Notes under the pieces: model-generated
What the model was told of the DNA's origin: nothing
The model's database searches: none
What the model saw: only the letters and a program-made list of their open reading frames with translations
In this document: positions 1 through 11,690 of the stretch, piece by piece
Position numbering within the stretch: position 1 is the first letter of the stretch
Layout: every line of letters starts with the position of its first letter
Assembly (NCBI GenBank): GCA_963717465.1
Contig: OY970340.1
Location: forward strand, 672,001-736,000
Direction of reading: 5' to 3'
Length of the DNA stretch: 64,000 nt
From: Candidatus Bathyarchaeota archaeon
GTDB taxonomy: Archaea > Thermoproteota > Bathyarchaeia > Bathyarchaeales > Bathycorpusculaceae
Translations under genes and position numbers: made by a program

Positions 1-527
1 TTGAATTGGCTAGGCTTCTTCAGGAAGATGTTAAAAATCGTATCGAGATTTAGCGAATCAGGAAACAGCTAGCATGCCTGATGAAATACAAGAGGATATT
101 GAAGAAATAAGAAAGGAATTTTTGGAAAAAGTGCCTAATGTCGATGAAAGTGAGAGATTAATCAAAGCTCAGGAGTCAGATTATCCTCCATGTGTAACTT
201 ACTTACTGAAGCAGAGCATCAAAAGGGGAGCATCTGTCACACACTGAAAGATTCACTTTGGTGACTTATTTGCTACATCAGGGAGTAAGTGTTGATTCAA
301 TAGTCCTTCTGTTTTCAAACGTTTCAGATTTCAAAGAAAGCAAAACTCGATACCAAGTGGAAAATCTAGCTGGAAAAACTGGAGGAAGAATCAAGGCGTA
401 TATAACATACAATTGTGACACTCTTCAAACGCATGGAGTATGTAAGAACCCTTCTGATCCGATATGTCGAACGATAAGGAACCCTTTAACATATCATTTA
501 AGAAAACAAAAATTGAATAGATTTTAA
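1..527 (+). CDS. priL: DNA primase large subunit, C-terminal Fe-S domain (5'-truncated by window, frameshifted)
   Basis: YPPCV at ~182-197 and HLSH at ~230, then LVTYLLHQG...TRYQVE...YNCDTLQTHGVC...PICRTIRNPLTY, the PriL-CTD Cys pattern; next to PCNA. Confidence 0.85.
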
Positions 528-592
528 GAATATTAAAAGTCTAAAAAAATACTTAAGGGGATAAATGCCCTTTAAAGGTTGAAAACGCTGGT

Positions 593-1348
593 TTATTCTG
601 TTTCGATTCGTGGAGCCAGGAAGAAAGTCAATTTTCCTTCTTTTGCTTGTTGGAAATCAATCCTAATAGGCATATCTGTTGAGAACTCGAGCGTGGCGAT
701 ATCAGATGTTGCTGCGGCTGCTTTTATGATTTCAGAAAGGTAGCTTAAACTGAAGGTTGCTTTCGCGTTTTCTTTTACTTCCAAGTCGAGGAGTGCATCG
801 TTTCCTTTTTGAAGAGTTATGGTTGCACCCATCAAATCGCCGGAAGCGCTGAGGGTTAACTTTTCTGGTTCAGCTTCTATGCGTACATGATCGCTTACTA
901 ATTGTGCGTCTTCGATTGCTTGGCTTAATCCTTGAGTTGTTGTTTTAGCCTTAACATTAAAAGTGACTTTGGGAGTTGGAACTTCTTCTTCTGAGGCTTC
1001 GAGCGTTGGCATAGTAAAGTTTCTACTGTATTTTCCAGCTATTTTTACTTGTAATCGACCAGTCTTGTCGTCTAAAGTTAACTCTACCGATTCATCTCTT
1101 CCCGCTCGTTTGAGAAGTTTTAGCAACTCGCTTATATTGATGCACATCTTTGTTGGTTCTTTGCATACGTATTCTTCAAAAAGGGTTTTAGGCCATTCAA
1201 AATCGATCATGGCAACCCGTGAGGGATCCATCGCCCGCAATTTTAGGCCTTCAGGCTCAATCTTGAAGGTTGCTTCATCAACTAAGATCGAGATTGCTGT
1301 TGACATGTCTCTTAAGAGTTTAGCGTCAGACACTTTAAGCTTAAACAT
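593..1348 (-). CDS. pcn: DNA polymerase sliding clamp PCNA
   Basis: 251 aa; LRAMDPSRVAMID and C-terminal LTFFLAPRIE motifs. Confidence 0.97.
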   Translation of the reverse strand: MFKLKVSDAKLLRDMSTAISILVDEATFKIEPEGLKLRAMDPSRVAMIDFEWPKTLFEEYVCKEPTKMCINISELLKLLKRAGRDESVELTLDDKTGRLQVKIAGKYSRNFTMPTLEASEEEVPTPKVTFNVKAKTTTQGLSQAIEDAQLVSDHVRIEAEPEKLTLSASGDLMGATITLQKGNDALLDLEVKENAKATFSLSYLSEIIKAAAATSDIATLEFSTDMPIRIDFQQAKEGKLTFFLAPRIETE

Positions 1349-1503
1349 GATACCTCTTCCTTGCTTAATGATATATTCTGTTATGTTATTAGATTTATGC
1401 TTTAATGTTTATCAGATAAATAAAGTGTTCTAAACTTCAAATTCAAGCTTAGCCAATCGGAAGTTGCATTGCATTTTTACATGTGAAAGAAAAAATTTGT
1501 GAG

Positions 1504-1989
1504 TTATTGTTTATCGTATTGTTCAATTTCATTATTCATTACGTCTAATTCAACGCCAGCTTCTTTGAACATCTGTATAGAATCTGCGTCAGCATGGTAT
1601 CGTTTTTCACAAACTACACGCTTAATTCCAGCGTTAATTATCATCATTGCACAAGTTCGGCAGGGCGTCATTTTGCAGAAAAGGGTTGCACCTTCTAAAG
1701 GAATGCCAAATCTTGCTGCTTGAATGATTGCGTTTTGTTCTGCATGAAGCGTGCGCACGCAATGCTGAGTTACATTCCCGCTATTATCAAAAACCTTGCG
1801 CATATCATGCCCAACTTCATCGCAATGAGGAAGACCTGCTGGAGCGCCAACATATCCTGTCGTCATAATTCGCTTATCCTTAACAATAACACAGCCACTT
1901 TTACCACGATCACATGTTGCACGTCTAGCCACTGCCTCGCAGAGGTCTAAGAAATATCTATCCCAATCGGGTCTTGCGGTAGTACTCAA
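1504..1989 (-). CDS. dCMP deaminase family protein (cytidine/deoxycytidylate deaminase)
   Basis: RPDWDRYF...ATC, HAEQNAI and TPCRTC zinc motifs. Confidence 0.92.
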   Translation of the reverse strand: MSTTARPDWDRYFLDLCEAVARRATCDRGKSGCVIVKDKRIMTTGYVGAPAGLPHCDEVGHDMRKVFDNSGNVTQHCVRTLHAEQNAIIQAARFGIPLEGATLFCKMTPCRTCAMMIINAGIKRVVCEKRYHADADSIQMFKEAGVELDVMNNEIEQYDKQ

Positions 1990-2080
1990 ATTCTTCCTAT
2001 CCTAGTGCTTTTTAAAATAAGCTCAAAACAAATTAATAAACAATAACCAAAGACAACTCTATGTCTGATTCTCGTTGCTT

Positions 2081-3382
2081 TCATTTTTTGAAAATGTGAA
2101 TTTCTCTTCCAATTTTATGCCGCTCATCTACTTCAACCAATGAGTCAAGTTGAAGCAAATCTTTCCTGACCTTTTGCGCTTTCTGAAAATGATTCTTTTT
2201 TAAATGGTGGAATTCTTTGGAAGCCAACTTTTTCAGCTTTTTCGCCTATTGGCATGGTCGTTGGGCGTCCAGAACGAGTTATTATGTAAGGAGTAACTAA
2301 CACTAATCGGCCGATTATTTTGAGTACTTTGTAAGCTTCTTCCACGAAACTGAAGAATAATGGTTTAAGTTTTTCAATAATCTTTGCAGCAGTAGGGTCC
2401 TGTTGGTACTTGGCGTAGAGCTGGACCTAAATCTGGTTCAGAGACTATGCAGTCAACGGTTTCTTGACCGATTTTACTTGCTAACTTTTCAACATTGCCT
2501 TGTACAACACGGAACTCAGCATTCTCAAGGTTGTATTCCTTTTCAAGCCACAATAGATTATCAATCGTTGCTTTTACGCACCATGGGTTGATGTCCATGC
2601 CTAACAACTTTAGCTTTGGATAATAGCGCTTCTTGAAGAACCGTGCCAACACCACAGAAAGGATCAAGCAGAGTTTTGCCAGGTGCGCATGAAGATAAGT
2701 TAACCATTATTCGAGCTATTCTCGGAGGCATGCCAAAAATTTTTCTTTGGCTCGGTTTGTAAATATCCCGTTTTTGAAATTCAAAAGGGTTATGAACCCC
2801 AGCGGTTGATGCAATCCAAGTTTCCTCTTTACCTATGCAGAACAGTATTTCAGCCTTTTTCTCAACAAGATTTTTCTTGAGAACTTCAATATGGCTTAGC
2901 TGGGCGGTTCTTCGATCCTTGGAGAAACCCATAAATTTCGAGTTTCTTCCAAAATCTGCTAACTCATCCTTAATGGCGCTTCCAATAAACCTTTGAATAT
3001 TTCCAGATAAAGGTTGTAACTGTTTTTCAGGGCAATAGACGCTGACGCCGAAAAATACTTTACCCACTGACAAGTCTTTCATATCTTCACTTAAACCACT
3101 CGATTTAAGTGAATCCTTAATTTGCGCTTTTGCGTCCTTGTTTTTTTCAATAAATGCTTTTTTCACAATGTCTGTTGGAAGGCTTGCAAGTACAGTTCCA
3201 CTTTTTATTGTTCCGCCTAAGCTGGAAATTTGAGCACTTACATTTTGCTCTTCATTAATTATGAAGTAGTCCTTTGAGAAAAAAGGCACTTCGAACTTTA
3301 CTTTATTATTTTCTAAGAAGAAAATTAGCTCCGCTAACGAGAGATTCCAGTTTTTTCCTGAAATAAACACTTCTTTGAACAT
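2081..3382 (-). CDS. Trm11/TrmG10-like tRNA (guanine-N2) methyltransferase, split by frameshifts
   Basis: Consecutive ORF pieces give MFKEVFISGKN...MPPRIARIMVNL...LLDPFCGVGT...GMDINP...CIVSEPDLGP, ending HKIGREIHIFKK-stop at 2081. Confidence 0.75.
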
Positions 3383-3507
3383 TCTCAAAAAATACAAGTT
3401 AATTAAATATATAAGCAAATGATAATTAATTAGCAAGAAAATAGCCTATAGAGACTGCAAATCGTTTAAATAGCCTGCTGATTTTATGCTACAAAAGGGA
3501 TTGTATT

Positions 3508-4053
3508 ATGCACGCTAAAAATTACAGGCACGTGAAAAACAGAGCGTATACGAGGAAAAAATACGCTAAAGGCTTTCCACCACCCAAAATAGTAAAGTTC
3601 ACAATGGGTGACACGAAGGGAACTTTTGAAATTGAAGCTAAACTGATAGCTTTAGAGCGAGCTCAAATACGCCATAGTGCCTTGGAAGCGGCCCGTGTAG
3701 CAACAAACCGTATCTTAATGGATAAGCTCATAAATGATTACGTGATGGTTGTTCACCCGTATCCTCACATTATTCTAAGAGAAAACAAAATGATTTTTGG
3801 AGCCCATGCAGACCGGCTTCAACAGGGAATGAGACGTTCATTCGGAACAGCAATTGGTACTGCAGCAAAAGTAGAAGTAAATCAACCCATAATAACAGTA
3901 AAAGTGAAAGCTAACGCGGTTGAAACAGCTAAAGAATCCCTAAAAAGAGGAAGCGCGAAACTTCCAATTCCTTGTAGAATAGTAGTTTCTAAAATAGAAG
4001 CATCTCCAGAGACAACCAATAAGGTTATTGAGGAGACGGATAAAATTGAGTGA
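3508..4053 (+). CDS. rpl10e: 50S ribosomal protein uL16 (L10e)
   Basis: AYTRKKY, ALEAARV, YPHIILRENKM, ADRLQQGMRRSFG. Confidence 0.97.
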   Translation: MHAKNYRHVKNRAYTRKKYAKGFPPPKIVKFTMGDTKGTFEIEAKLIALERAQIRHSALEAARVATNRILMDKLINDYVMVVHPYPHIILRENKMIFGAHADRLQQGMRRSFGTAIGTAAKVEVNQPIITVKVKANAVETAKESLKRGSAKLPIPCRIVVSKIEASPETTNKVIEETDKIE

Positions 4054-6484
4054 AAACAAAAAGGATCTTGTTCTATGGTTTGATGATTTAAGAAAGAATG
4101 ATGTTTCCATTGTTGGCGGCAAAAACTCCAGCTTCGGTGAAATGATTCATGCTGGTTTACCTGTTCCGCCAGGATTTGCCGTAACTGCTTATTCTTATGA
4201 AAAATTTATCGTTGAAAAAAAGATAGCTGAAAAAATATATAAAATAATCAGAGAAACAATAAAAGATCTAAACGATCCAAAGCAGTATGAGGTTGCTTCA
4301 AAGAAGATACGTGAACTTATCGAGAAAACTTCAATGCCGAAAGAAATTGAAAACGCAATTAAGAACGGCATACGAGGACTTAAACAAGAGACTTGGGTTA
4401 AAAGATATTTTCGTGGCTGTCAGGTCAAGTGCTACAGCTGAAGATTTACCTGATGCATCTTTTGCTGGTCAACAAGAAACTTTTTTGAATGTTAAAGGTC
4501 CTGAAGACCTTCTCGATAAAGTCGTGAAATGCTGGTCGAGCCTGTTTACTCCTAGAGCTATCTTTTACCGCAACGAAAAGGGTTTTGCTCATGACAAGGT
4601 CTTCATCAGCGTTGGAGTTCAAAAGATGGTTAACTCCAGAGCTGCAGGAGTTATGTTCACAATAAACCCTGTAACAGGCGATCCAAACGAAATCGTAATC
4701 GAAGGCAACTATGGCTTAGGCGAAACAGTCGTTTCAGGCGTTGTCAACCCTGACGATTTTGTTATCGACAAAGAAGCCATGAAAATCAAGGAGCGAAAAC
4801 TCGCAAGGAAAACAATCAAGTACGTACGCGACTCCTGATACAGGTAAAACAATTCATCTTGATATACCTGAAAAAGAGCAAAAAGTAACCTGCGTAAACG
4901 ATCAAGAAATTATGACCCTTGCAGAACTTGCAAGGCGAATTGAAGCGCATTATGGCAAGCCTATGGATATTGAATGGGCAATTGACCAAGACTTATCATA
5001 TCCTCAAAACATGTTCTTGGTTCAAGCACGCCCAGAAACAGTATGGAGTACTAAGAACTATGGAAATAGAAAAACCCAAAGTAGAAGAAAAGAAGGAAGT
5101 CTTAAAAATAGTTGTAAAAGGTCTACCAGCTGGTAAAAGAGGGTACGGAACTGGTATTGCCAAAGTTGCTTTAAGCATCGATGAAGCCTCCAAAGAAATG
5201 CAAAAGGGCAACATTCTCGTAACGGATATGACGAATCCTGATTTTGTACCATTCATGAAGATGGCAAGCGCTATCGTAACAGATAAAGGCGGAATAACAT
5301 CACACGCTGCGATCGTTAGTCGTGAACTCAACATTCCATGCGTCGTTGGAACAGAAACTGGAACTAAAATGATGAAAACCGGTGTGGAGTACACTGTTGA
5401 TTCAAGAAACGGAATCATCTATGAAGGAATTTTGGCACAAGCAGCTCAACCCATCGTAACACCAGGCATAGCAAACTCTGCATTAGCAGTTGATCCACCC
5501 GCTCCTGTGACAGCTACAAAGATATACATGAACTTGGCTATACCTGAAAAAATAGAAGAATACAAGAACCTGCCTTTCCAAGGCATAGGATTGATGCGCA
5601 CGGAATTTATTTTCGCAAGTTACATAGGTGAACATCCTCTTTACCTGGTTGAAACAGGTCAAAATCAGAAACTCGTTGATAAATTAGCTGACGGCATCGC
5701 TACTGTAGCCCGCGCAATTCAACCTCGACCAGTTGTTGTTCGATTCAGCGATTTCAAAACTAATGAGTACCGACGACTCTAAAGGGTGGAGAAAAATACG
5801 AAATCGTTGAAGAAAACCCAATGCTGGGTTGGAGAGGTTGCAGCCGTTACATAAGCAAATGGTATGAGAAAGCTTTCCGACTTGAATGCGCAAGCCATCA
5901 AAAAATGTCGAGCTGAATGGGGACTGAAAAACGTTTATGTCATGCTTCCAATGGTTCGCACAGTCTGGGAAGCAAAAAAAGTTCTTGAAATCATGGCGCA
6001 AGAAGGTCTTGAAAGATCTCGCGATTTCAAAGTTTGGTTCATGGCTGAAACACCCTCAATAGCAATACTTGCAGACGAATTCAGCAAGTTGGTTGATGGT
6101 TTCTCAATAGGCTCAAATGACATGACACAGGGAATTCTAATGATTGACCGAGACTCTGAACGCTTAGGTCAAATGGGCTATTTCGACGAAAGAGACCCAG
6201 CAGTAAAAAGAATAATTGCACACTTAATCAAAGTAGCACATGAAAACGGATGCACAGTATCCATTTGCGGAGAAGGTCCATCAAACCTTCCAGACTTCGC
6301 AGAGTTCCTTGTACGCGCTGGAATCGATAGCATTTCAGTAAACAACGATGCGGTTATAACAACTAAGAATAATATTGCAAGCGTAGAACAGAAAATCATC
6401 CTAGAGCGATTAGCTGAGCAAGCTGCAATAGCTAGTGGACGACCACTCAAGAAACCCATTCCAGATTGGGAATGGAACCCCTAA
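4046..6484 (+). CDS. ppsA: Phosphoenolpyruvate synthase, broken by about four indels
   Basis: [58 protein letters not shown] (phospho-His), [19 protein letters not shown] across successive ORFs. Confidence 0.93.
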
Positions 6485-6540
6485 ACAACTGATTTTTTCT
6501 TATTTCAATTTTAAGAAATTCCAAAGATGGGAAGGGAAGA

Positions 6541-7541
6541 ATGAAGAAATTCGATTTTGAAGAAGAAAGAATAAAAAGTGAAATTGCCAGTCTTGAAGCA
6601 AAACGTGTTCTGCTCCAGTTGCCTGAGGGATTAAACCTGAAGGCCCCCGTTTGGCAAAAATCGTTGAAAAATCAGGCGCTCTTCCAATAATTTCTGCTGA
6701 TCCGTGCTATGGCGCTTGTGATATAGGTTTCAACGAAGCGGAACGTTTAGGCGTAGATTTGATAGTGCATTTTGGGCATTCTAAACTCTTAAAGCATGAA
6801 CAAATTCCAACAGTTTATGTTGAAGCACGAGCAACAGTAACGGTTGATAAGGCTGTTGAAGAGGCAATTTCACTTCTTAGCAAGTATACAAAAATTGGTT
6901 TAGCAACTTCAGTGCAGCATTTACAAATGATTAATGAAACAAGGGAAATGCTTGTTAAAGCTGGAAAAATAGTCATCGTAGGCGATGCCGGGAAAATGAG
7001 TTATCCTGGACAAGTAATTGGATGTGATTACAGTAACGTTAAATCAATAGCTGATGAGGTTGAAGCATTCCTCTTTGTCGGCGGTGGAATGTTCCACGCG
7101 TTAGGCATTGCTTTAAGCACTTCTAAACCCACAGTCATTGCTGATCCATACGATAACAAGGCTTTCTCAATAGATAACGAAGCTAAAAAAATAATTAAGC
7201 AACGCTGGTCATGTATCGAGAAAAGCAAGCATGCAAAGACTTTCGGCGTACTAGTCGGATTAAAACCTGGCCAAAAGAAAATAGAAACAGCGCTAAAAGT
7301 TAAAGAGATAGCTGAGAAACAAGGCAAATCAGCTTACATATTGGCTGCAACGGAAATCACTCCTGAAGTGCTCTTAGAATTCCCATCAATTGATTCCTTC
7401 GTAAACACTGCTTGCCCAAGGATTTCTCTGGATGCTTCCTCGAAATTCTTAAAGCCAGTGCTTACAGTTAATGAGTTCATGGTTGTCTCTGGCGAATCAA
7501 CATGGGAGAATTTGCTCAAAGAAGGATTATTCGAAAATTAG
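6541..7541 (+). CDS. dph2: Diphthamide biosynthesis radical-SAM-like enzyme Dph2 (frameshift near 6635)
   Basis: ATG at 6541 gives RVLLQLPEGL, then DPCYGACD, VHFGHS, GQVIGC, NTACPRI. Confidence 0.93.
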
Positions 7542-8208
7542 ACCTGGAATTATTTCTTTCCAAAATAAAACCGCAACCCACTCCTAAAGTAAGTCTTGAG
7601 CAATATACAATTTCAGAATCAATTGCAGCAACCTTACTCCACATTGCCACCTACACTAACAATGACATTGTTGGAAAGAATATCATAGATTTAGGCTGTG
7701 GCACTGGCAGATTAGCTTTAGGTGCAGCGTACATGGGCGCAAAATCAGTTATCAGGAATTGATATCGACAAAAATACCCTGAGAATAGCCGCTGAAAACG
7801 CACGAGAACTGAGAGTATTTGCCAACACTCAATTTGTTGTCGGCGACATTTCCACAGTTAAGGGCGAGCTTCGATACGGCTCTGCAGAATCCACCGTTCG
7901 GAGTGCAAACCCGCGGTGCTGATCGGGCGTTCTTGGTGAAAGCCTTAGAGATTGGCAAATCAATCTATTCTCTGCATAATCATCCGCAGGTAGATGAACA
8001 ATTAATTAAGCGATTAAAATCTTCAAAGGGATTGCTAGAGGTTCCTCCTTCTGCTTTTTTAAAAAACTTGATTGAGAAACATAACGGTATTGTTAATGTG
8101 GTTTACGCCTTGCTTATGACTATTCCACGCATGTTCGATTTTCACACTAAGGCAAAGCATGATTTTGTTGTTGATTTATACATTATAACCCGAAAAGACA
8201 ATCGATGA
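7502..8208 (+). CDS. METTL5-family SAM-dependent methyltransferase (frameshifted)
   Basis: PKVSLEQYT, DLGCGTGRL, GIDID, QNPPFG...ADRAFL, IYSLH, IPRMFDFH. Confidence 0.88.
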
Positions 8209-8325
8209 ACATCAAATATAAGAGGAAGGGTAATGCAAAAGGTTTATTGAGAAGCATGGAAACTAAGCATAATGCATTTAGCTAATGCGGTTATTCAGTT
8301 TATTTAAGGTTAAAAGGGAAATTGT

Positions 8326-8907
8326 ATGAGTGTTAAAGCCCCTGAACAAAAAAGTGGTCATTTAGTGCTGCCTGGAGAACGCTTAGGCGTCATCGAAGAG
8401 TTTATTCCAGATTCTGGAACCTACGTTAAAGACGGCGTTATTTATTCAAAAATAGTGGGTCGTTCACTAATGGATTTACTGAACAAACGTGTTTCCGTTT
8501 ATCCATTAATTAATGGTGCAGTAACGCCCAAAGTATCAAGCATAGTTATTGGGCAAGTTGGCAATTCACAATCAGACAATGTCTTAGTCAGAATTTCCAA
8601 AGTTGGAAAAAAGAAGATCTTAGGAAATTTCTCAGGAATCCTCCACATTTCTGATGCTCAAGACCGATATGTTAACTCGATGAGTGATGTATGCAAAACA
8701 GGAGACATAATAAGAGCTAAAGTCATAAGCGAAAAAAATCAAATATACCACTTATCCACTGCAGATAAGGGTTTGGGTGTTCTATATGCAGCTTGTTCAC
8801 GTTGCGGCGGTTTACTTGAGCAGAAAAATCATGACTTACAATGCCCTAAATGCAAAAACATAGAAAATCGTAAGATAGCTCCAGATTATGGAGTCGAAGT
8901 CCTTTAA
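8326..8907 (+). CDS. csl4: Exosome RNA-binding subunit Csl4
   Basis: VLPGERLGVIEEF N-terminus, S1 domain GILHISD...GDIIRAKV, Zn ribbon CSRCG...CPKC...ENRKIA. Confidence 0.95.
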   Translation: MSVKAPEQKSGHLVLPGERLGVIEEFIPDSGTYVKDGVIYSKIVGRSLMDLLNKRVSVYPLINGAVTPKVSSIVIGQVGNSQSDNVLVRISKVGKKKILGNFSGILHISDAQDRYVNSMSDVCKTGDIIRAKVISEKNQIYHLSTADKGLGVLYAACSRCGGLLEQKNHDLQCPKCKNIENRKIAPDYGVEVL

Positions 8908-8919
8908 GGAGGGTAATGG

Positions 8920-9201
8920 ATGAAAATAAAAGTATTAAACAAAAATGGGAATGAACTAAAAATTGAGATTAACGGTGCTGGCCACGAATTATGTAACTTA
9001 CTTCAGAAAAAAATTCTTGAAGACGAAAAAGTGGATTTGGCTGGATACGATATACCACACCCCTTAGCTTCAAGTCCCGTAATTTACGTCAGAGCTAAGG
9101 GCAGAGTGAAGCCTGAAGATATCTTAATCAGAGCAGCCCAGAAAGCCATAGAAAATAACGACGCCTTCAGCAAAGAGCTAACAAAAGCATTAAAAGCATA
9201 A
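8920..9201 (+). CDS. rpoL: RNA polymerase subunit L (Rpo11)
   Basis: GHELCNLLQ...AGYDIPHPL; follows csl4 as is typical. Confidence 0.95.
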   Translation: MKIKVLNKNGNELKIEINGAGHELCNLLQKKILEDEKVDLAGYDIPHPLASSPVIYVRAKGRVKPEDILIRAAQKAIENNDAFSKELTKALKA

Positions 9202-9322
9202 ATCGTCAGTTAGGTCCGCCAACCCAAATTAATTTTGTTTTTTGAGGATTAATCTCAAATTTTGCTCAATGTTAAAGGTTAAATTATAAAAAGATAGTAT
9301 CATATTATTTCTGAGTGTATGC

Positions 9323-9922
9323 TTGAAAGAAAAATCCGCAAGTTCCACAGCGATAAAGCCTGAAATCCGTGTTATAGGCATCGATGATTGCGCTCATATA
9401 CCAAGGGTTAAAAGCCAAGTTCCTATAGTAGGCGTCATTTTCCGAGGCGGATTTTGGCTTGACGGAGTAATTTCTTCTAAAGTCAACGTTGATGGTTTTG
9501 ATGCGACAGAAGCCATTTCCAACATGATAACAAATTCAGTTCACTACAAACAATTGCGAGTAATAATGTTGAATGGGGTTACTTTTGCAGGGTTTAATGT
9601 TGTTGATATCAATCAACTTAACATGCTTACAAAGCTGCCAGTAATCGCAGTTACACGTCAAAAACCTGATATGCCAGCAGTAATCGCAGCAATTCAGAAG
9701 CTAAGTAACCCTGAAGAGCGCTTAAAAGTCATCTTGCGTGCGGGCGAAATTGAACCAGTTAAAATTAAAAAAGGTGCAAGAGCAATTTATATCCAAACCG
9801 CAGGAATTTTAAGGGAAGATGCCCAAAAAATAATAGAAATGACGTCTACACGAAGCAATATCCCCGAACCTTTACGTGTTGCCCATATTATTGCTTCCGG
9901 GATTAGCTTGTGCACATCTTGA
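9323..9922 (+). CDS. DUF99 family endonuclease V-like protein
   Basis: IRVIGIDD, VDGFDAT, GVTFAGFNVVD, IPEPLRVAHIIA. Confidence 0.9.
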   Translation: MKEKSASSTAIKPEIRVIGIDDCAHIPRVKSQVPIVGVIFRGGFWLDGVISSKVNVDGFDATEAISNMITNSVHYKQLRVIMLNGVTFAGFNVVDINQLNMLTKLPVIAVTRQKPDMPAVIAAIQKLSNPEERLKVILRAGEIEPVKIKKGARAIYIQTAGILREDAQKIIEMTSTRSNIPEPLRVAHIIASGISLCTS

Positions 9923-9986
9923 TTTGGAAAAAGTTTAATAGCCACAATGCTAAGGGAATCAAAAACGGATAACGGAGGAACAACGT

Positions 9987-10346
9987 GTGGAGTTCTGCGT
10001 AAAGTGTGGCTCTCGTCTTGAGCCAAAAAAGTCAAAGAACAGTAAGGAGTCTAAAAACGCCTCCTTAGTTCTCGTTTGTCCAAAATGCGGCTATAAAAAA
10101 CAGGAAGGAAACAAAAAAATCGAGCCACCAGCGAAGGTCATACAACATAATCCTCAACAATTTGTAGCCGTTATAGGCAAAGAAGAGCAAAAACTAAGCA
10201 CGCTACCTACAGTGCGGATTGAATGCCCAAAATGTGGAAATAACACTGCTTATGTTTGGCAAGTACAAACTAGAGGCGCTGATGAATCTTCAACACAGTT
10301 TTTGCGATGCACAAAGTGTAACTATACTTTCAGAGAATACAGCTAA
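9987..10346 (+). CDS. tfs: Transcription factor S (TFS)
   Basis: Two Zn ribbons, QTRGADE acidic hairpin, TQFLRCTKCNYTFRE. Confidence 0.96.
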   Translation: MEFCVKCGSRLEPKKSKNSKESKNASLVLVCPKCGYKKQEGNKKIEPPAKVIQHNPQQFVAVIGKEEQKLSTLPTVRIECPKCGNNTAYVWQVQTRGADESSTQFLRCTKCNYTFREYS

Positions 10347-10447
10347 AGTCACTATTTCTTCTCTTTATCAGCATTGCCGAGATTTTATGATGCCATTTTT
10401 ATGGCAAGCAAGCTCGTTTTTTAGGGTAACTTCAAGCAGTAAACCGC

Positions 10448-11420
10448 TTAAAAAACAAGGTCCGCCATGTCCACACTGTTTTCGTAAATCTGCTTTAAGA
10501 AAGACAGAGCTGCTAGGATTTGCGGCATTATTTCGACAGGATTAGCCTTTGCAATCTTTTCAGTGTTCGTGTATAAGGCTTCAATTTTTCCCCTCATTGA
10601 ACGCACGTTTTCAGCTAAAGCAATATCCTTATTCACGAATGATTTCAATGCCTGTTCATGCGCATCGCTGCAAACTGCCTGAAAATCAAACAGCAACTTT
10701 TGCAACTCAACTGAAGGCTTAACACCGTTAAGGGATAAAGTTTTGGCTGCAACTTGAACACAGGCATCCCCTATGGCTTCAATTATGCTTGCAGCTAAAC
10801 GATAATCTAAGCAGTCTATCGCACTAATTCCAAGTTTCTCGCCAAGCCGAGAATTTTGAATTACAGTTCGCAAAATTCTAACCAAGAGGAAATAGAGTCG
10901 GTTACTCTCATTGTCCCTAGCAATCACGCTTTTAGCCAGGTTCATGTCTGAATTGATGAAAGAAGAAGCTACGTCGCGAGCCATGCCGGCAACAATGGCA
11001 TAGTTTCTTCTTAGGATTTTTTCTGGTGCAAAACCCGAAGGTTCAAGGAGACACTGCAAAACAATTTGAGAATAGTTTTCTTCAACAATCTCTAAGACCA
11101 ATCAAAGAGCTAACAGTTTGTTTAACAAGGTCTCTAATGTCAAAATCTATGCGGTCTTTAGCTTCAATGCGAATGACGTCAAAACCAAGCAGATAACTCC
11201 CGATTACTTCACGACGCAGATAAGACCCAACATTCAAGGTAACTTCTTTTTGTTGTGGCTCCGCATTATATTTTGGGTCCACAATAAGTTTTCCGTCTTC
11301 AGTTAAGTCCAAATTAACCAAAGTTCCCTTCTTAAGACCATTTTGTGTAGCCCAAGACCTTGGCACACAAACAAAAAAAGTACCAGTTGGAGTGCGTTGA
11401 ACTTTGCGTAAATCACCCAA
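10448..11420 (-). CDS. AbrB-domain PhoU-family phosphate uptake regulator (frameshift ~11090)
   Basis: RKVQRT..GTFFVCVPRSW AbrB-type N-terminus; SYLLGFDVIRI; ARDNESNRLYFLLVR; EAIGD PhoU motif. Confidence 0.85.
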
Positions 11421-11690
11421 TCATATACACGCTCAGATATTCGAATCGAATTAAATTGAAAAATAAAAGGCTTATTTAAACCTGAATCCAAATTCTAGAG
11501 TTAAACAGCAATTATACAATTAGAGTATATTTTTGAAGCTCTGAATAAACGAATTTGCAGAATGCCAATATTGCTAATCTCCATTAAATTTTCAATTTCC
11601 AGTTGACAATGGTAAGAGTAAAATAAGCTAACAAAGCAAGAGCATATACGAAGGCTTGACATAAACAACCAGCCATCGCTAGGATAAAAT